Positions 40,681-50,371 of a DNA stretch of 64,000 nt are shown in pieces. The notes beneath the pieces were generated by a model. It did no database searches, was not told where the DNA came from, and saw only the letters and a program-made list of their open reading frames with translations. Both the position numbers and the translations under genes were made by a program. The stretch covers positions 3,168,001 through 3,232,000 of the forward strand of contig CAVQMM010000001.1 in NCBI GenBank assembly GCA_963713615.1, read 5' to 3'. This stretch comes from an uncultured Chlamydiae bacterium (GTDB taxonomy: Bacteria; Chlamydiota; Chlamydiia; Chlamydiales; JAJFMA01). Within the stretch, counting starts at the first letter, position 1; every line of letters begins with the position of its first letter.

Positions 40681-42615
40681 ATGGGGAAGGAAGATACCAT
40701 CCACTTACAGGACAAAAAAAACGTACCGAGCTGGCTAAAAGTCGTCATTTCATTGGCTATCTTGGCTGCCATCGCGGTTTGTCTAGCTATTTACTTTACG
40801 CAAGACCTTTTGAAGACGGCGGAAGGCCAGCTAGGTGCTATCCGTGCGCGAGATTTTTCGAGGGCTTACTATGAGTACACCGCCAAAGATTTCAAGGCGG
40901 CTACTTCTCTAGAGGCATTCACGGAATTCGTAAAGTCTCATCCGGCCTTAGTTAACAACGAATCGGCAAATTTTAACGAAAGAACCATTGAAAACAGCGT
41001 AGGTACGCTACATGGTACCCTGATTTCCAGGGACGGTGGCGTAACGCCGATCGAATATAAGTTTGTTAAGGAAGGCGATCGTTGGAAAGTTCTCAGCATG
41101 CGTTTGGTGCCTACAGGCGCTGTTTCTTCGGGTGTTGAAACCGCCAGGGTCAGTGAACTTGTCGAGCCCGTAGAGGCCCAATTAGCAGCTTTTCGCAGTA
41201 ACGATATTGCCAAAGCCTACTTTGGGTATGTCTCTAAAGACTTTCAAGAAACAACACCGCTGAAATCCTTCCGTGAGTTTGTTCAGAACTATCCCATTCT
41301 CACCAGACACCATTCGGCAACTTTTAGCGACGGCAGCGTTGATGGTAAGCAAGGCACTATCGAGGCTATCCTAAATGGCCCTGAAGGCAGTACGTCAGTA
41401 GAGTACAAGCTTAGCAAGGAAGATGGAAAGTGGAAGATTTGGAGCCTACGCTTGAATCTGCCTACCGAAGCGATGTCTCGCGAAGCCTCGGCTTCTGAAC
41501 TGGATGACATCACGACGCCAATCGAAGCCTTGTTGGCCTATCTGAGAGCCGGAGACTACACACGTGCTTACTATGAATATGGCGCTAAAGAATTCCAGTC
41601 AGCGACATCACTGGATGCTTTCCGTGAATTCATTAAGGCCTATCCAGCGCTCACGGAGCATAAAACGGTCGCCTTTGAGACTCCTACTGTCAATAGTGAC
41701 ACTGCTACAGTAGTGGCTATGTTGACATCTTCCAATGGTACCACACCCGTTGAGTATCAACTCATCCGTGGTGGAAAGAATGCTTGGAAGGTCTGGAGTA
41801 TGCAGATTCTTTCGAAGTCTGCTACCAGTGGTAATGCGCCTGCTTTTAACACCGCTGATTTGGTGAATACCATCGAAGCACAGCTGACAGCATTAAGGTC
41901 CGGAGATGTTTCCAAGGCTTACTATGCCTTTACATCTAGAGAGTTTCAGCGCTCAACCTCTCCATCGGCCTTTGAAAAGTTTATTCGCTCGCACTCTGTG
42001 CTAGCTGATAACCAGGTCGCTAACTTCACCAACCTATCTTTTAAGAACGATGTAGGCACCTTTCAGGGGTTGCTCACTTCGACCAATGGTCAGGCTAGCC
42101 GCGCAGAGTTTGACCTTGTCCAAGAGGATGGAAAGTGGAGAGTACTAAGTATCCAATTGCTTCCTGAGGGAGGCACCACTAGTGCCCGAAACGAGCCATC
42201 GGGTCGGTCTTATAGCAAGGGGACGGTGGCCCTTAACGATAAGAGCAGTAACCAGACAACATCTAACGGGAAGGGCTCCAATATGGAGCTCTCCCAGTTA
42301 CTCATTGGCTCGACTGTAGACTCGGAGGGACGTGTCAGAAGTCCCTCTGGCCGCTTCACTAGCGGTACAGGGGATTTGCATGTAGACTTGTTTGTACGAA
42401 ATGCTGCTACAGGTGCTAAGGCAGAGTTAATCATGGAGCATATCGATAGTAAGACGCGTGTTCCTCCAGTTGAAACGCGTCTGGAACAGTCTGGTGATAC
42501 GGTGCTCTCGTTCATCTTTGCCCCACCTGCTCATGGATGGCCAAAGGGTAACTATCGCTTGATTGCAAGAAGCTCGAATGGACGCGAGAAAGTACAAGAA
42601 TTTCGAATTGAATAG
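40681..42615 (+). CDS. Membrane-anchored protein with four tandem DUF4864/NTF2-like domains
   Basis: Four repeats of QL.A.R..D..(K/R)AY....S..FQ..T....F..F ending in WK(V/I). Confidence 0.75.
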   Translation: MGKEDTIHLQDKKNVPSWLKVVISLAILAAIAVCLAIYFTQDLLKTAEGQLGAIRARDFSRAYYEYTAKDFKAATSLEAFTEFVKSHPALVNNESANFNERTIENSVGTLHGTLISRDGGVTPIEYKFVKEGDRWKVLSMRLVPTGAVSSGVETARVSELVEPVEAQLAAFRSNDIAKAYFGYVSKDFQETTPLKSFREFVQNYPILTRHHSATFSDGSVDGKQGTIEAILNGPEGSTSVEYKLSKEDGKWKIWSLRLNLPTEAMSREASASELDDITTPIEALLAYLRAGDYTRAYYEYGAKEFQSATSLDAFREFIKAYPALTEHKTVAFETPTVNSDTATVVAMLTSSNGTTPVEYQLIRGGKNAWKVWSMQILSKSATSGNAPAFNTADLVNTIEAQLTALRSGDVSKAYYAFTSREFQRSTSPSAFEKFIRSHSVLADNQVANFTNLSFKNDVGTFQGLLTSTNGQASRAEFDLVQEDGKWRVLSIQLLPEGGTTSARNEPSGRSYSKGTVALNDKSSNQTTSNGKGSNMELSQLLIGSTVDSEGRVRSPSGRFTSGTGDLHVDLFVRNAATGAKAELIMEHIDSKTRVPPVETRLEQSGDTVLSFIFAPPAHGWPKGNYRLIARSSNGREKVQEFRIE

Positions 42616-42724
42616 CTTATGTGTTTATCTTAGCTTTTCAATTGGTTGACGTTTCGCATCTAGGTTCTAGCCAATTTCTGCCAGGGCATTCCTTCCATAA
42701 AACACTTTTGTAAAGGAGAGTCTT

Positions 42725-43189
42725 GTGAGGGTATCCTTTGTGAGCGCTCTATTTTTGTCAGTGGCGTTATTGACAGCAACTGTTCAAGGCGCCGCTGCCA
42801 CTTCTACTTCCGATGCCGGTCAGCAGGCTGATTCGGCAAAGCAGGTGAAACAGGTACTCAATCTCTTTTTCACAGCTCTTCATAAAGCGAGTATTAGTCA
42901 GGCCTACTACGGTTATACTTCCACGGAGTTTCGACAAGCCACGAATTGGCGCGACTTCCAGGTGTTTGTTCAACGTTTTCCGTCATTGGACCGCAATCTA
43001 GACTATGACATCGAGAAGCCAGATTTTTATGATACTACGGCGACGGTGAATGTTAATACGAGTTCAGCTGACCACAAGGAAAATTTAGTGGTTTTCGATA
43101 TGATCTTTCAAGCGGGTCAGTGGCGTATTTTGGGCATTCAAATCTACAATAAGCAAGGAGAAAGAGGAGCAGGAGAAGGAGAGGATTAG
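42725..43189 (+). CDS. Secreted single-domain DUF4864-like protein
   Basis: Signal peptide; AYYGYTSTEFRQAT...WRILGI resembles the upstream gene's repeats. Confidence 0.7.
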   Translation: MRVSFVSALFLSVALLTATVQGAAATSTSDAGQQADSAKQVKQVLNLFFTALHKASISQAYYGYTSTEFRQATNWRDFQVFVQRFPSLDRNLDYDIEKPDFYDTTATVNVNTSSADHKENLVVFDMIFQAGQWRILGIQIYNKQGERGAGEGED

Positions 43190-43193
43190 GAAT

Positions 43194-43688
43194 GGATTAA
43201 CACGGATGCACACGGATCTAGGAGGAATTAGGATTAACACGGATGCACACGGATCTAGGAGGAATTAGGATTAACACGGATGCACACGGATCTAGGAGGA
43301 TTTAGGAGGATCGGATGGTAGATATGGTTTGCGTAGTTTTTAGGATCAACATGGATGGGCCTTGTTCGGCTTTCCGGGCAGAATTTCGGTCAGGCGAGAG
43401 GTCCCAGATGCAGCAGTCGACGACGAGGGAATAGCGCTAGCTATTGCCGAGGAGGCGAATGCTGCAGATGGGCGCCTCGCAGCCGACCGAAAACTGCGCG
43501 AAAAGTCGAACAAGGCCCATGGATGCACACAGATTTAGGAGGATAGGAAAAATGCTTTTTGAATGTAGTTTTAGGATGAATTAAATTGCATTTTCCTAAA
43601 TCTTCGCGCTGGATAAGCCACACCCAACCATCCGATCCTCCTAGATCCGTGTGCATCCGTGTTACTTCTGAAAATCGGACGAACCGTT
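43194..43688. repeat. Family D element with a 37-bp tandem triplication and a nested MITE
   Basis: GGATTAACACGGATGCACACGGATCTAGGAGGAATTA three times at 43194-43304; inverted arm about 43628-43688. Confidence 0.88.
43358..43517. mobile_element. 160-bp MITE with 8-bp TSD CATGGATG
   Basis: TSD at 43350-43357 and 43518-43525. Confidence 0.92.
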
Positions 43689-43756
43689 GTTATACCCTAA
43701 ATATTGTCTTGTCGCTATAATGAATAATCCAAAATTCATCCATTAGTCTGTGGGCG

Positions 43757-46576
43757 GTGCCAATGCGTTATTCTTATCGCTCCTTAATCAGCCTGTTTTC
43801 TGTGCTAACGGGCATCCTGATTCTTTGTATTTCGGCGACACTCCCTCGGCAAGGGACTCCCCCCACCAGTGAGGAAGAAGGCTTATTTGTACGTCGTATC
43901 ATCGAATTATGGCGTGGCGAAGAACACGATCTGGCTAAGCAGCAGATGCGTCAGTTTTTCCAAGAATACCCTCAGAGTCGCTTCAAAGATCGCTTAATGG
44001 CCATCGCGGGCGATAACGAATGGCATCACAAACATTATGTTGAGGCTGGGCGGTATTACGATCAGGTGACGACTCCAGAGTTGCTGAGTGACATTCTCGA
44101 TAGGCGAATAGATACTCTGTATCACACAAATCAATATGAGCGTCTCCTGGCCGTCTTGGCAGGGCATTTACCTCCTAATGGACGTGTTGACCTAAGCGAT
44201 CTCGAGGTTCTCCGCATCTATTACTATGCCGAGGGCCTAGTTCATTCTCCTGAGGTCCCCGATTATGAAGAAAAGGCCCTAAGCAACTATCAAAAGCTAT
44301 TTGATACACGCCTAGCCGTTCAGGCGAAGCATGGCGCCGCCAGTATTTTAGCCAAAACAGGACGGTATAAGGAGAGTGTTTTTCTCCTTCTAGCCCTTGC
44401 TAACGAAGATTCGGTCAATCACGACGCTCTGTTAATGCGAGCCGCACAGCTACAGATCAACTACGATCCCAATGCCGCCGTTCAGACCCTCGCTGGCCTA
44501 AAAGGACACAATACCGAAGGTGGCGCCTTTAGTCAGGTATTTCTGCTTTTTCAGTCTAAGCAGTATGCTGAGCTATTGCAGAAACGCCCACAGTTTTTGG
44601 ATACCGTCGATGTGCAGCAGAAACCCTTATTGGATTATTTTATGGGGCGTGCAGCTTTTGCCCTTGAGAATTACCAAGAAGCCATAGATATCCTCAAACC
44701 TTTGCTAGATGTACAAGGAACTGCCACTACAGCATCCTCCAACGAAAAGCTTGTCTTAGTGACGTTGATCCTCAGTGCCCAAAAACTCAACCAGCCCGAG
44801 GTTGCCCAGGGATGGCTTTCACAGTTAGAAGATAACTTTTCCTCAGATGTGTTACTTCCGCGTTTGATGTTGTCGCAGGCGACTCTCCTTCGCGCTAAGG
44901 GACATTCCTTGGAGGCTTTATCGATCCTAGAACGCGCTCAAGACAAGCTGACATTTCAGGATGACTTAGAAAAAGCCGCTTTTGAGCGTCTTGGGCTTCT
45001 CAATGAGTTGCAGCGTTGGAGAGCCTGCCGTGACGTTGCCTGCAATTTCGTGGTCGACTTTCCGGACAGCGCTATGTTACCTGTAGTGGCGAAGCTGAAG
45101 ATACAGATGACCGCTAGGCAGCTCCAAGATAACTCCTTAACGGTTGAAGAGCGCAATTTAGTTCAGCAGCGTCTTTCGCATGAACTGAAGCAGGCATTGG
45201 AAGAAGGTAAATATTTCACAGAAGAAGAGAGACCCACCTACCTCCTCCACCTGGCTAAATCAGAGTATGCACAGAAAAACTTTCATGCGGCGATGGTCGC
45301 CGCCAAAGAGTTCCTAGAGAACTATCCAAGAGATAAAGAGGCCTATCAGGCGCACCTTATCTTAGCCTATTGTTATTTTGACACCGGCGGGGCCCTACAG
45401 CCATTTATATCGCACGCTGAAAGCGCCCTCGCCCTTCGACCCGAACTTCCCGATCAAGATGTCATTCGTCTCAATCTTTTTGGCGCATATCTGCAGTTAG
45501 CACGTACTGCAGGTGAACCTGTGGATACCCAAGGGGGCAATACATCCCGAGCTGCAGATCATCTGTATGCTGTCGTCAACCGAAAGATGACTGTGGTAAA
45601 GCCAGACAACCTTCGATGGCTTGCACGCTTCTACTATACCCAAGTGCGTCAAAATGGCCATGAAGGTTACATTGAGGCATTGCCGCCTTCACAGCGTCGT
45701 ACCCTCGCCATGCGAGCTGCTGAAGCGCTTGAGGTGATCGCAGACAAGAATAATGTTTTTGATAAGCAAAGCATTTCCGGGCGAGAGGGCAATCTACAGG
45801 ATTTAGTGATGCTGAGCCGTTTGTATGGTTGGCTAGGCAGGAATGATAATCGCCGTAGTCTTCTCGAGCAACTGATCAATAGGCCATGGCCCGAAACACG
45901 GGAAATGCGTGCTCAGCTAGCCCAGTTGCGCTTGGAGCTCGCTCAACGTTATGAAGAAGCTGGCGAGGCTAAAAAGGCCCTCAAAACGTATGAAGAGATT
46001 GTCTCCAGCGCATCGGATAATGATTCTCACATCCGCGACGCCACACAGCTGCAAATGGCACGCCTTCGTTTCTACAGTCTACCTGTGAATAAAAGACGAT
46101 CTGACAATCCTGAAGTTGTCATGGTGTTAAGTACCCTGCAAGGTCTTCAGGCTCGTCGTTCACTCGCTCATGAACCCGTACACCTAGAAGCTGCCTGGGA
46201 ACGTGCCAATATAGCTGCCGCAGTAGCAGCAGGCCCTTCGGAAGATGAAGCTCTACTCACACAGCTTAAGCTGGCCAAACGCCAAATCGTCAGCCAGGAC
46301 GATATTGTCTCACGAGATTATCATGCGGCTCGTCAGACCCGTGTTGATAAGGACCAGATCTATCAGGCTTATCTGATGTTGTTCGATGCGCGCATTGCCG
46401 TACTAGAAGCTAATCAGGCTGCCAGCCGTCACCGTGTTCAGGATCAAAGAAGCAAGCTGCAAGTTGCCGAGGCTTTATATAACACTCTTTTACAGGGCAA
46501 TTTTGCCGTTTCCAATTATCTAGTACATCAAGCACAATTGGGCCTCGAAGAAATTGCTCTCGTCAGAAATCCATGA
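43757..46576 (+). CDS. Large exported TPR-like protein
   Basis: Hydrophobic N-terminus; helical repeats (FFQEYPQS, FLENYPRD). Confidence 0.75.
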   Translation: MPMRYSYRSLISLFSVLTGILILCISATLPRQGTPPTSEEEGLFVRRIIELWRGEEHDLAKQQMRQFFQEYPQSRFKDRLMAIAGDNEWHHKHYVEAGRYYDQVTTPELLSDILDRRIDTLYHTNQYERLLAVLAGHLPPNGRVDLSDLEVLRIYYYAEGLVHSPEVPDYEEKALSNYQKLFDTRLAVQAKHGAASILAKTGRYKESVFLLLALANEDSVNHDALLMRAAQLQINYDPNAAVQTLAGLKGHNTEGGAFSQVFLLFQSKQYAELLQKRPQFLDTVDVQQKPLLDYFMGRAAFALENYQEAIDILKPLLDVQGTATTASSNEKLVLVTLILSAQKLNQPEVAQGWLSQLEDNFSSDVLLPRLMLSQATLLRAKGHSLEALSILERAQDKLTFQDDLEKAAFERLGLLNELQRWRACRDVACNFVVDFPDSAMLPVVAKLKIQMTARQLQDNSLTVEERNLVQQRLSHELKQALEEGKYFTEEERPTYLLHLAKSEYAQKNFHAAMVAAKEFLENYPRDKEAYQAHLILAYCYFDTGGALQPFISHAESALALRPELPDQDVIRLNLFGAYLQLARTAGEPVDTQGGNTSRAADHLYAVVNRKMTVVKPDNLRWLARFYYTQVRQNGHEGYIEALPPSQRRTLAMRAAEALEVIADKNNVFDKQSISGREGNLQDLVMLSRLYGWLGRNDNRRSLLEQLINRPWPETREMRAQLAQLRLELAQRYEEAGEAKKALKTYEEIVSSASDNDSHIRDATQLQMARLRFYSLPVNKRRSDNPEVVMVLSTLQGLQARRSLAHEPVHLEAAWERANIAAAVAAGPSEDEALLTQLKLAKRQIVSQDDIVSRDYHAARQTRVDKDQIYQAYLMLFDARIAVLEANQAASRHRVQDQRSKLQVAEALYNTLLQGNFAVSNYLVHQAQLGLEEIALVRNP

Positions 46577-46582
46577 GGTCAG

Positions 46583-48466
46583 ATGATCCCGAACGAGCCC
46601 TCAAATCATGTACCCTTGCAGCCTCCGGCCAAGAGCTGGTTGCTTCCTGTTGTATTAGTCTCTGCCATTTTGTTACATGTCGCTCTTTTTCTATCATTTC
46701 ATGAGATGTCATTAGCCTTATCGAGCAACAACACCCCGCTCAAGTTTGAAGACAAAAGAATTGCCACAGCGGTGCAGACCGATGATGACATAGCCAAGAA
46801 AAATGCGCAGTTAGCCCATGTATTCAATCGCGTGATTACCGAAGCCTCTGGAGGCGAAGCCGTAGGAACTTCTCTGGCTTTGCAAGGAAGTGAATTCGTG
46901 CTGCCCGATCTGGCAAGCCTGCCAACCGAATGGCAACCCATTTCCATTGACGTTTCGATGCCTAAGCAGTGGGATGTCACCGCTGATCTTAGCAAAACAG
47001 ATCTTTTGGATGTTCCTCCTGCAATCGACATCGTAGTTCCCAGCGATAAGCTATCGACACTTGACCTCTTGCAAGCGACCGAGGCTTTACTCGGTGATGT
47101 TGAAATCCTTGTCAATGGCAGCTTTGATATTCATGCGGCACGCGGAGGGCGCAATGAACAAGCCTCACAGTATGGCAATGCCCTGGAAAATCGTTCTGGT
47201 GTTCGTCAAGACGGGCTGATAGACCCCGACCACGCTGCTTTTGCCAGCTTGGAGGGAACTCACGCTCCGGATTCCTTTGAGCAGGCCCTTAAGGACCGAG
47301 CTGACAAAGAACATCAAGCGTATGAAGGCCAAATCGCAGAGGGCATGTCTCAGGCCAATTTGGGTTCTCAGTCAACACGCGAAGGTGCCGGAAGTCATGC
47401 TTTGAATGGACCTGGTTCTCCCGGTCACATCGCTAGCAGTAGTGACTTTTCTCTAAGCATTGAATATGCCCCGAGAAGTCATGGAGGGGGCTATATCTTT
47501 CGGCTAGCCTTGACCCCGAAATCGAATGTCGTTTTCAAGACCATCAAACATAACATATCCTTTCTGATCGACCGGTCTCACTCTATCGACAAAGAGCGCT
47601 ATGTGGCGACTAAGATGGCCGTCATAGAGGTGCTTGACCTATTGAGAGAGGGCGATACCTTTAACCTATTGGTGTTTGATGACCATGTCGTTTCCTTTGC
47701 ACCTCAAAATGTTCCCGTCAATCAAGCGAATATAGCCGCTGCAAAGGCTTTCCTGGCGAACCAGCCGCATGGAGGTTTTTTTGCCTCAACCGATCTCTAT
47801 GCTTCTTTGGTCAACATCGTTCCCAGCGCTGTGGGCCCGCAGGAACTGAATACCGCTATTCTGTTATCTGATGGTGAAACATACCTAAGCAAAGATAGGC
47901 AGCGACACAATATTTCCCTTTGGACCCAAAAAAACCAGGGTAAAGTCGCTCTATTTAGTTTAGCAGTCGGCAAAGGCAACAACCTGGCTCTATTGGATCT
48001 GCTCTCTTCCCTGAATCGTGGAAGGTTAGCATACAGCCCATCACATCATCAGGTAGGCCATGCCTTGAGGGAGTTAATGAGTTCGGTGGAGCACCCTATT
48101 GGTAAAGATATTGTCACCAATATCGTTACCCTTCATGACAACGGTGTGGTTTCATTGTATCCTCCACAGCAGCGGTTGCCTAACCTTTATCGCGATACAG
48201 GATATGTTCTATATGGCTACTGCAGTCGCCTAGAGGACTTTTACCTATTTCTGCAAGGACGCTACTACGATCGCTTTTTAGACATCAAGCAACGTGTCGT
48301 GTTTCGCGAAGGTCAGCAGGTGGCCACAGCAGATCTGGAGCGGCAATGGGCCATTCAGCAAGCCTACGATCTATATGAAAACTATCTAGGAGAAGGAAAC
48401 CATGCGGCTCTAGCGGCTGCTAGACGCCTTCTCAGTCCTTACGGAATCCCCATCGCGTTTCAATAA
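46583..48466 (+). CDS. Membrane-anchored von Willebrand factor A domain protein
   Basis: N-terminal TM segment; MIDAS motif FLIDRSHS; ILLSDG. Confidence 0.85.
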   Translation: MIPNEPSNHVPLQPPAKSWLLPVVLVSAILLHVALFLSFHEMSLALSSNNTPLKFEDKRIATAVQTDDDIAKKNAQLAHVFNRVITEASGGEAVGTSLALQGSEFVLPDLASLPTEWQPISIDVSMPKQWDVTADLSKTDLLDVPPAIDIVVPSDKLSTLDLLQATEALLGDVEILVNGSFDIHAARGGRNEQASQYGNALENRSGVRQDGLIDPDHAAFASLEGTHAPDSFEQALKDRADKEHQAYEGQIAEGMSQANLGSQSTREGAGSHALNGPGSPGHIASSSDFSLSIEYAPRSHGGGYIFRLALTPKSNVVFKTIKHNISFLIDRSHSIDKERYVATKMAVIEVLDLLREGDTFNLLVFDDHVVSFAPQNVPVNQANIAAAKAFLANQPHGGFFASTDLYASLVNIVPSAVGPQELNTAILLSDGETYLSKDRQRHNISLWTQKNQGKVALFSLAVGKGNNLALLDLLSSLNRGRLAYSPSHHQVGHALRELMSSVEHPIGKDIVTNIVTLHDNGVVSLYPPQQRLPNLYRDTGYVLYGYCSRLEDFYLFLQGRYYDRFLDIKQRVVFREGQQVATADLERQWAIQQAYDLYENYLGEGNHAALAAARRLLSPYGIPIAFQ

Positions 48467-48468
48467 TT

Positions 48469-49026
48469 ATGCGTATTATCGCCGGACAATTTCGCCATCG
48501 TGCTCTTGAGGCTCCCAAAGGGCCAGCTACACGCCCGACATCAGGGATCGTACGAGAGGCCGTTTTTAACATTTGTCAAGGTTCTGTCGAAGGTGTCGAT
48601 GTCTTGGATCTCTATGCAGGCAGTGGAGCCATGGGTCTGGAGGCTCTGAGCCGAGGCGCCCGTTCTGTCACTATGGTAGAGAATGATGCGCATGCTTTAA
48701 GGGCCATCAAAAAGAATATCGAGGCCCTGGGAGTCCAGCAACAGGCTATGGTGCTATCCGGGGATGTCTTTAAAAGCCTTTCCCGCATTGGCAAGCGCTT
48801 TGGCATGATCTATGCTGATGCCCCCTACGATGCAATTCAAGGACGGGATAAACTGATTCTGGAGATCGACAAAGGCCTGCTATTATTACCGGGTGGAGAC
48901 TTTTTTTTGGAGGAGGCGACCAAGGCCAAGGAGCCGGAGGTTGTCTTAGAAAGGCTACAATTAAAAAGCTGTCGAAATTATGGGCGGAGTCAACTTCGGC
49001 ATTACGTATATGAGGTTTCTTCATGA
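48469..49026 (+). CDS. rsmD: 16S rRNA m2G966 methyltransferase RsmD
   Basis: MRIIAG, TRPT, VREAVFN, LDLYAGSGAMGLEALSRGA. Confidence 0.95.
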   Translation: MRIIAGQFRHRALEAPKGPATRPTSGIVREAVFNICQGSVEGVDVLDLYAGSGAMGLEALSRGARSVTMVENDAHALRAIKKNIEALGVQQQAMVLSGDVFKSLSRIGKRFGMIYADAPYDAIQGRDKLILEIDKGLLLLPGGDFFLEEATKAKEPEVVLERLQLKSCRNYGRSQLRHYVYEVSS

Positions 49027-49514
49027 AGACCGCACTCTATCCTGGAACGTTTGATCCACCGACGTTGGGACATCTGGACATTATTGAACGTGCTGCCAAG
49101 ATGGTAGGGACGCTCTATGTCGGTGTGGCGACCAATACAGGCAAGGGACCAGCCTTGTTTACTGTGGAGGAGCGTATAGAATTGCTTCGCGAAGTCACTA
49201 AACAGCTTTCTAACGTAGAAATTGTTGTTGTGGATGGCCTAGTGGCCGATTTCGTAAAAGACCATAGCATATGCTGTATTGTCAGGGGACTTCGCGCGGC
49301 ATCTGATTGCGATAACGAATTTCGCATGGCCATAGCAAACCGGCAGATGGGTGGTGCTGAGACTTTGTTTTTGGTAGCTAGCGATCACTTGGCGCATCTT
49401 AGTGCGACGCTCATCCGCGAAATAGCCGCTTCAGGCAAACACCTCGAGAACTTTGTCCCTGCAGGTATTGTAGAGCGTGTCTATCAGCAAAAAAATGGAC
49501 CTCATGGACAATAA
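49023..49514 (+). CDS. coaD: Phosphopantetheine adenylyltransferase
   Basis: YPGTFDPPTLGHLDI, VRGLR. Confidence 0.96.
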   Translation: MKTALYPGTFDPPTLGHLDIIERAAKMVGTLYVGVATNTGKGPALFTVEERIELLREVTKQLSNVEIVVVDGLVADFVKDHSICCIVRGLRAASDCDNEFRMAIANRQMGGAETLFLVASDHLAHLSATLIREIAASGKHLENFVPAGIVERVYQQKNGPHGQ

Positions 49515-49603
49515 TGGACACCATGGACGTTAGTGGACTAACTCCGAGTCCAATTTGTCCACTAATGTCCATGGTGTCCATTATTGTCCATGAGGTCCAT
49601 TTT
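49492..49603. repeat. ATGGAC 9-bp-period hairpin (family E)
   Basis: AAAATGGACCTCATGGAC...GTCCATGAGGTCCATTTT near-perfect stem. Confidence 0.9.
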
Positions 49604-49618
49604 GACTAGGAGCAGACA

Positions 49619-50185
49619 ATGGCGTCATTAATCCCTTCACATGGTGGTTACCGTAATTTAAAGAGCTTTCAGCTTGCACGCTTAGTCTTCGATATTACCG
49701 TTCGATTTTGCGATAGGTTTATCGATCGACGAAGCCGCACGCACGATCAGATGGTCCAGGCGGCTCGTTCCGGAGTTCAAAATATTGCTGAAGGCAGCCA
49801 GGCTTCAGGAACTTCCAAAAAGACTGAGTTAAAACTTACCAATGTGGGTCGAGCAAGTCTTGAAGAGCTGCGACTAGACTATGAGGACTTCTTACGGCAA
49901 CGTGAACTGCATTTATGGGACTATGCCGATCCTCGGCGTAAGGAATTGATCAGCCAACGTCTGCAAACTGTAGATCAGTTTGCACTTTGGGTTAAGTTAG
50001 TCAGCCAAAGAGACCATTGTGATGTAGGGGAAGTCGCTGCCAACGGCACATTAGTGCTGATTTCTAGAGCATGTATGCTTTTGAAAAAGCAGCTTGCTGC
50101 TCAGGCAGAGGCTTTTGAAAAGGAAGGTGGTTTCACAGAGCGTCTCTATAGAACCAGATCGACCGTTCGCAAAAATGGACAGTAA
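49619..50185 (+). CDS. Four-helix-bundle protein (23S rRNA IVS-protein-like) with suffix domain
   Basis: GGYRNLKSF, RTHDQMVQAARSGVQNIAEGS, ASLEELRLDYEDFL, FEKEGGFTERL. Confidence 0.9.
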   Translation: MASLIPSHGGYRNLKSFQLARLVFDITVRFCDRFIDRRSRTHDQMVQAARSGVQNIAEGSQASGTSKKTELKLTNVGRASLEELRLDYEDFLRQRELHLWDYADPRRKELISQRLQTVDQFALWVKLVSQRDHCDVGEVAANGTLVLISRACMLLKKQLAAQAEAFEKEGGFTERLYRTRSTVRKNGQ

Positions 50186-50371
50186 CGGACAAAATGGACC
50201 TCATGGACAGTAATGGACACCATGGACGTTAGTGGACTAATTCCGAGTCCACTCTGTCCATTAATGTCCATGAGGTCCATAATGTCCACTCTGTCCATTA
50301 ATGTCCATTGCTGTCCATGAGGTCCATTTTGTCCATAATGTCCATTCTGTCCATGGTATCCATCTTGTCCA
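50171..50371. repeat. ATGGAC/GTCCAT 9-bp-period repeat (family E), second copy
   Basis: About 70 bp nearly identical to 49492-49552, with an expanded GTCCAT arm. Confidence 0.9.

Noticed and set aside
43194..43304. 37-bp repeats resembling a CRISPR array
   Set aside because: Units are directly adjacent with no spacers, there are no cas genes, and the motif belongs to palindrome family D.
49619..50185. Diversity-generating retroelement (Avd-like four-helix bundle)
   Set aside because: No reverse transcriptase and no template/variable repeat pair with adenine-specific mismatches in the window.
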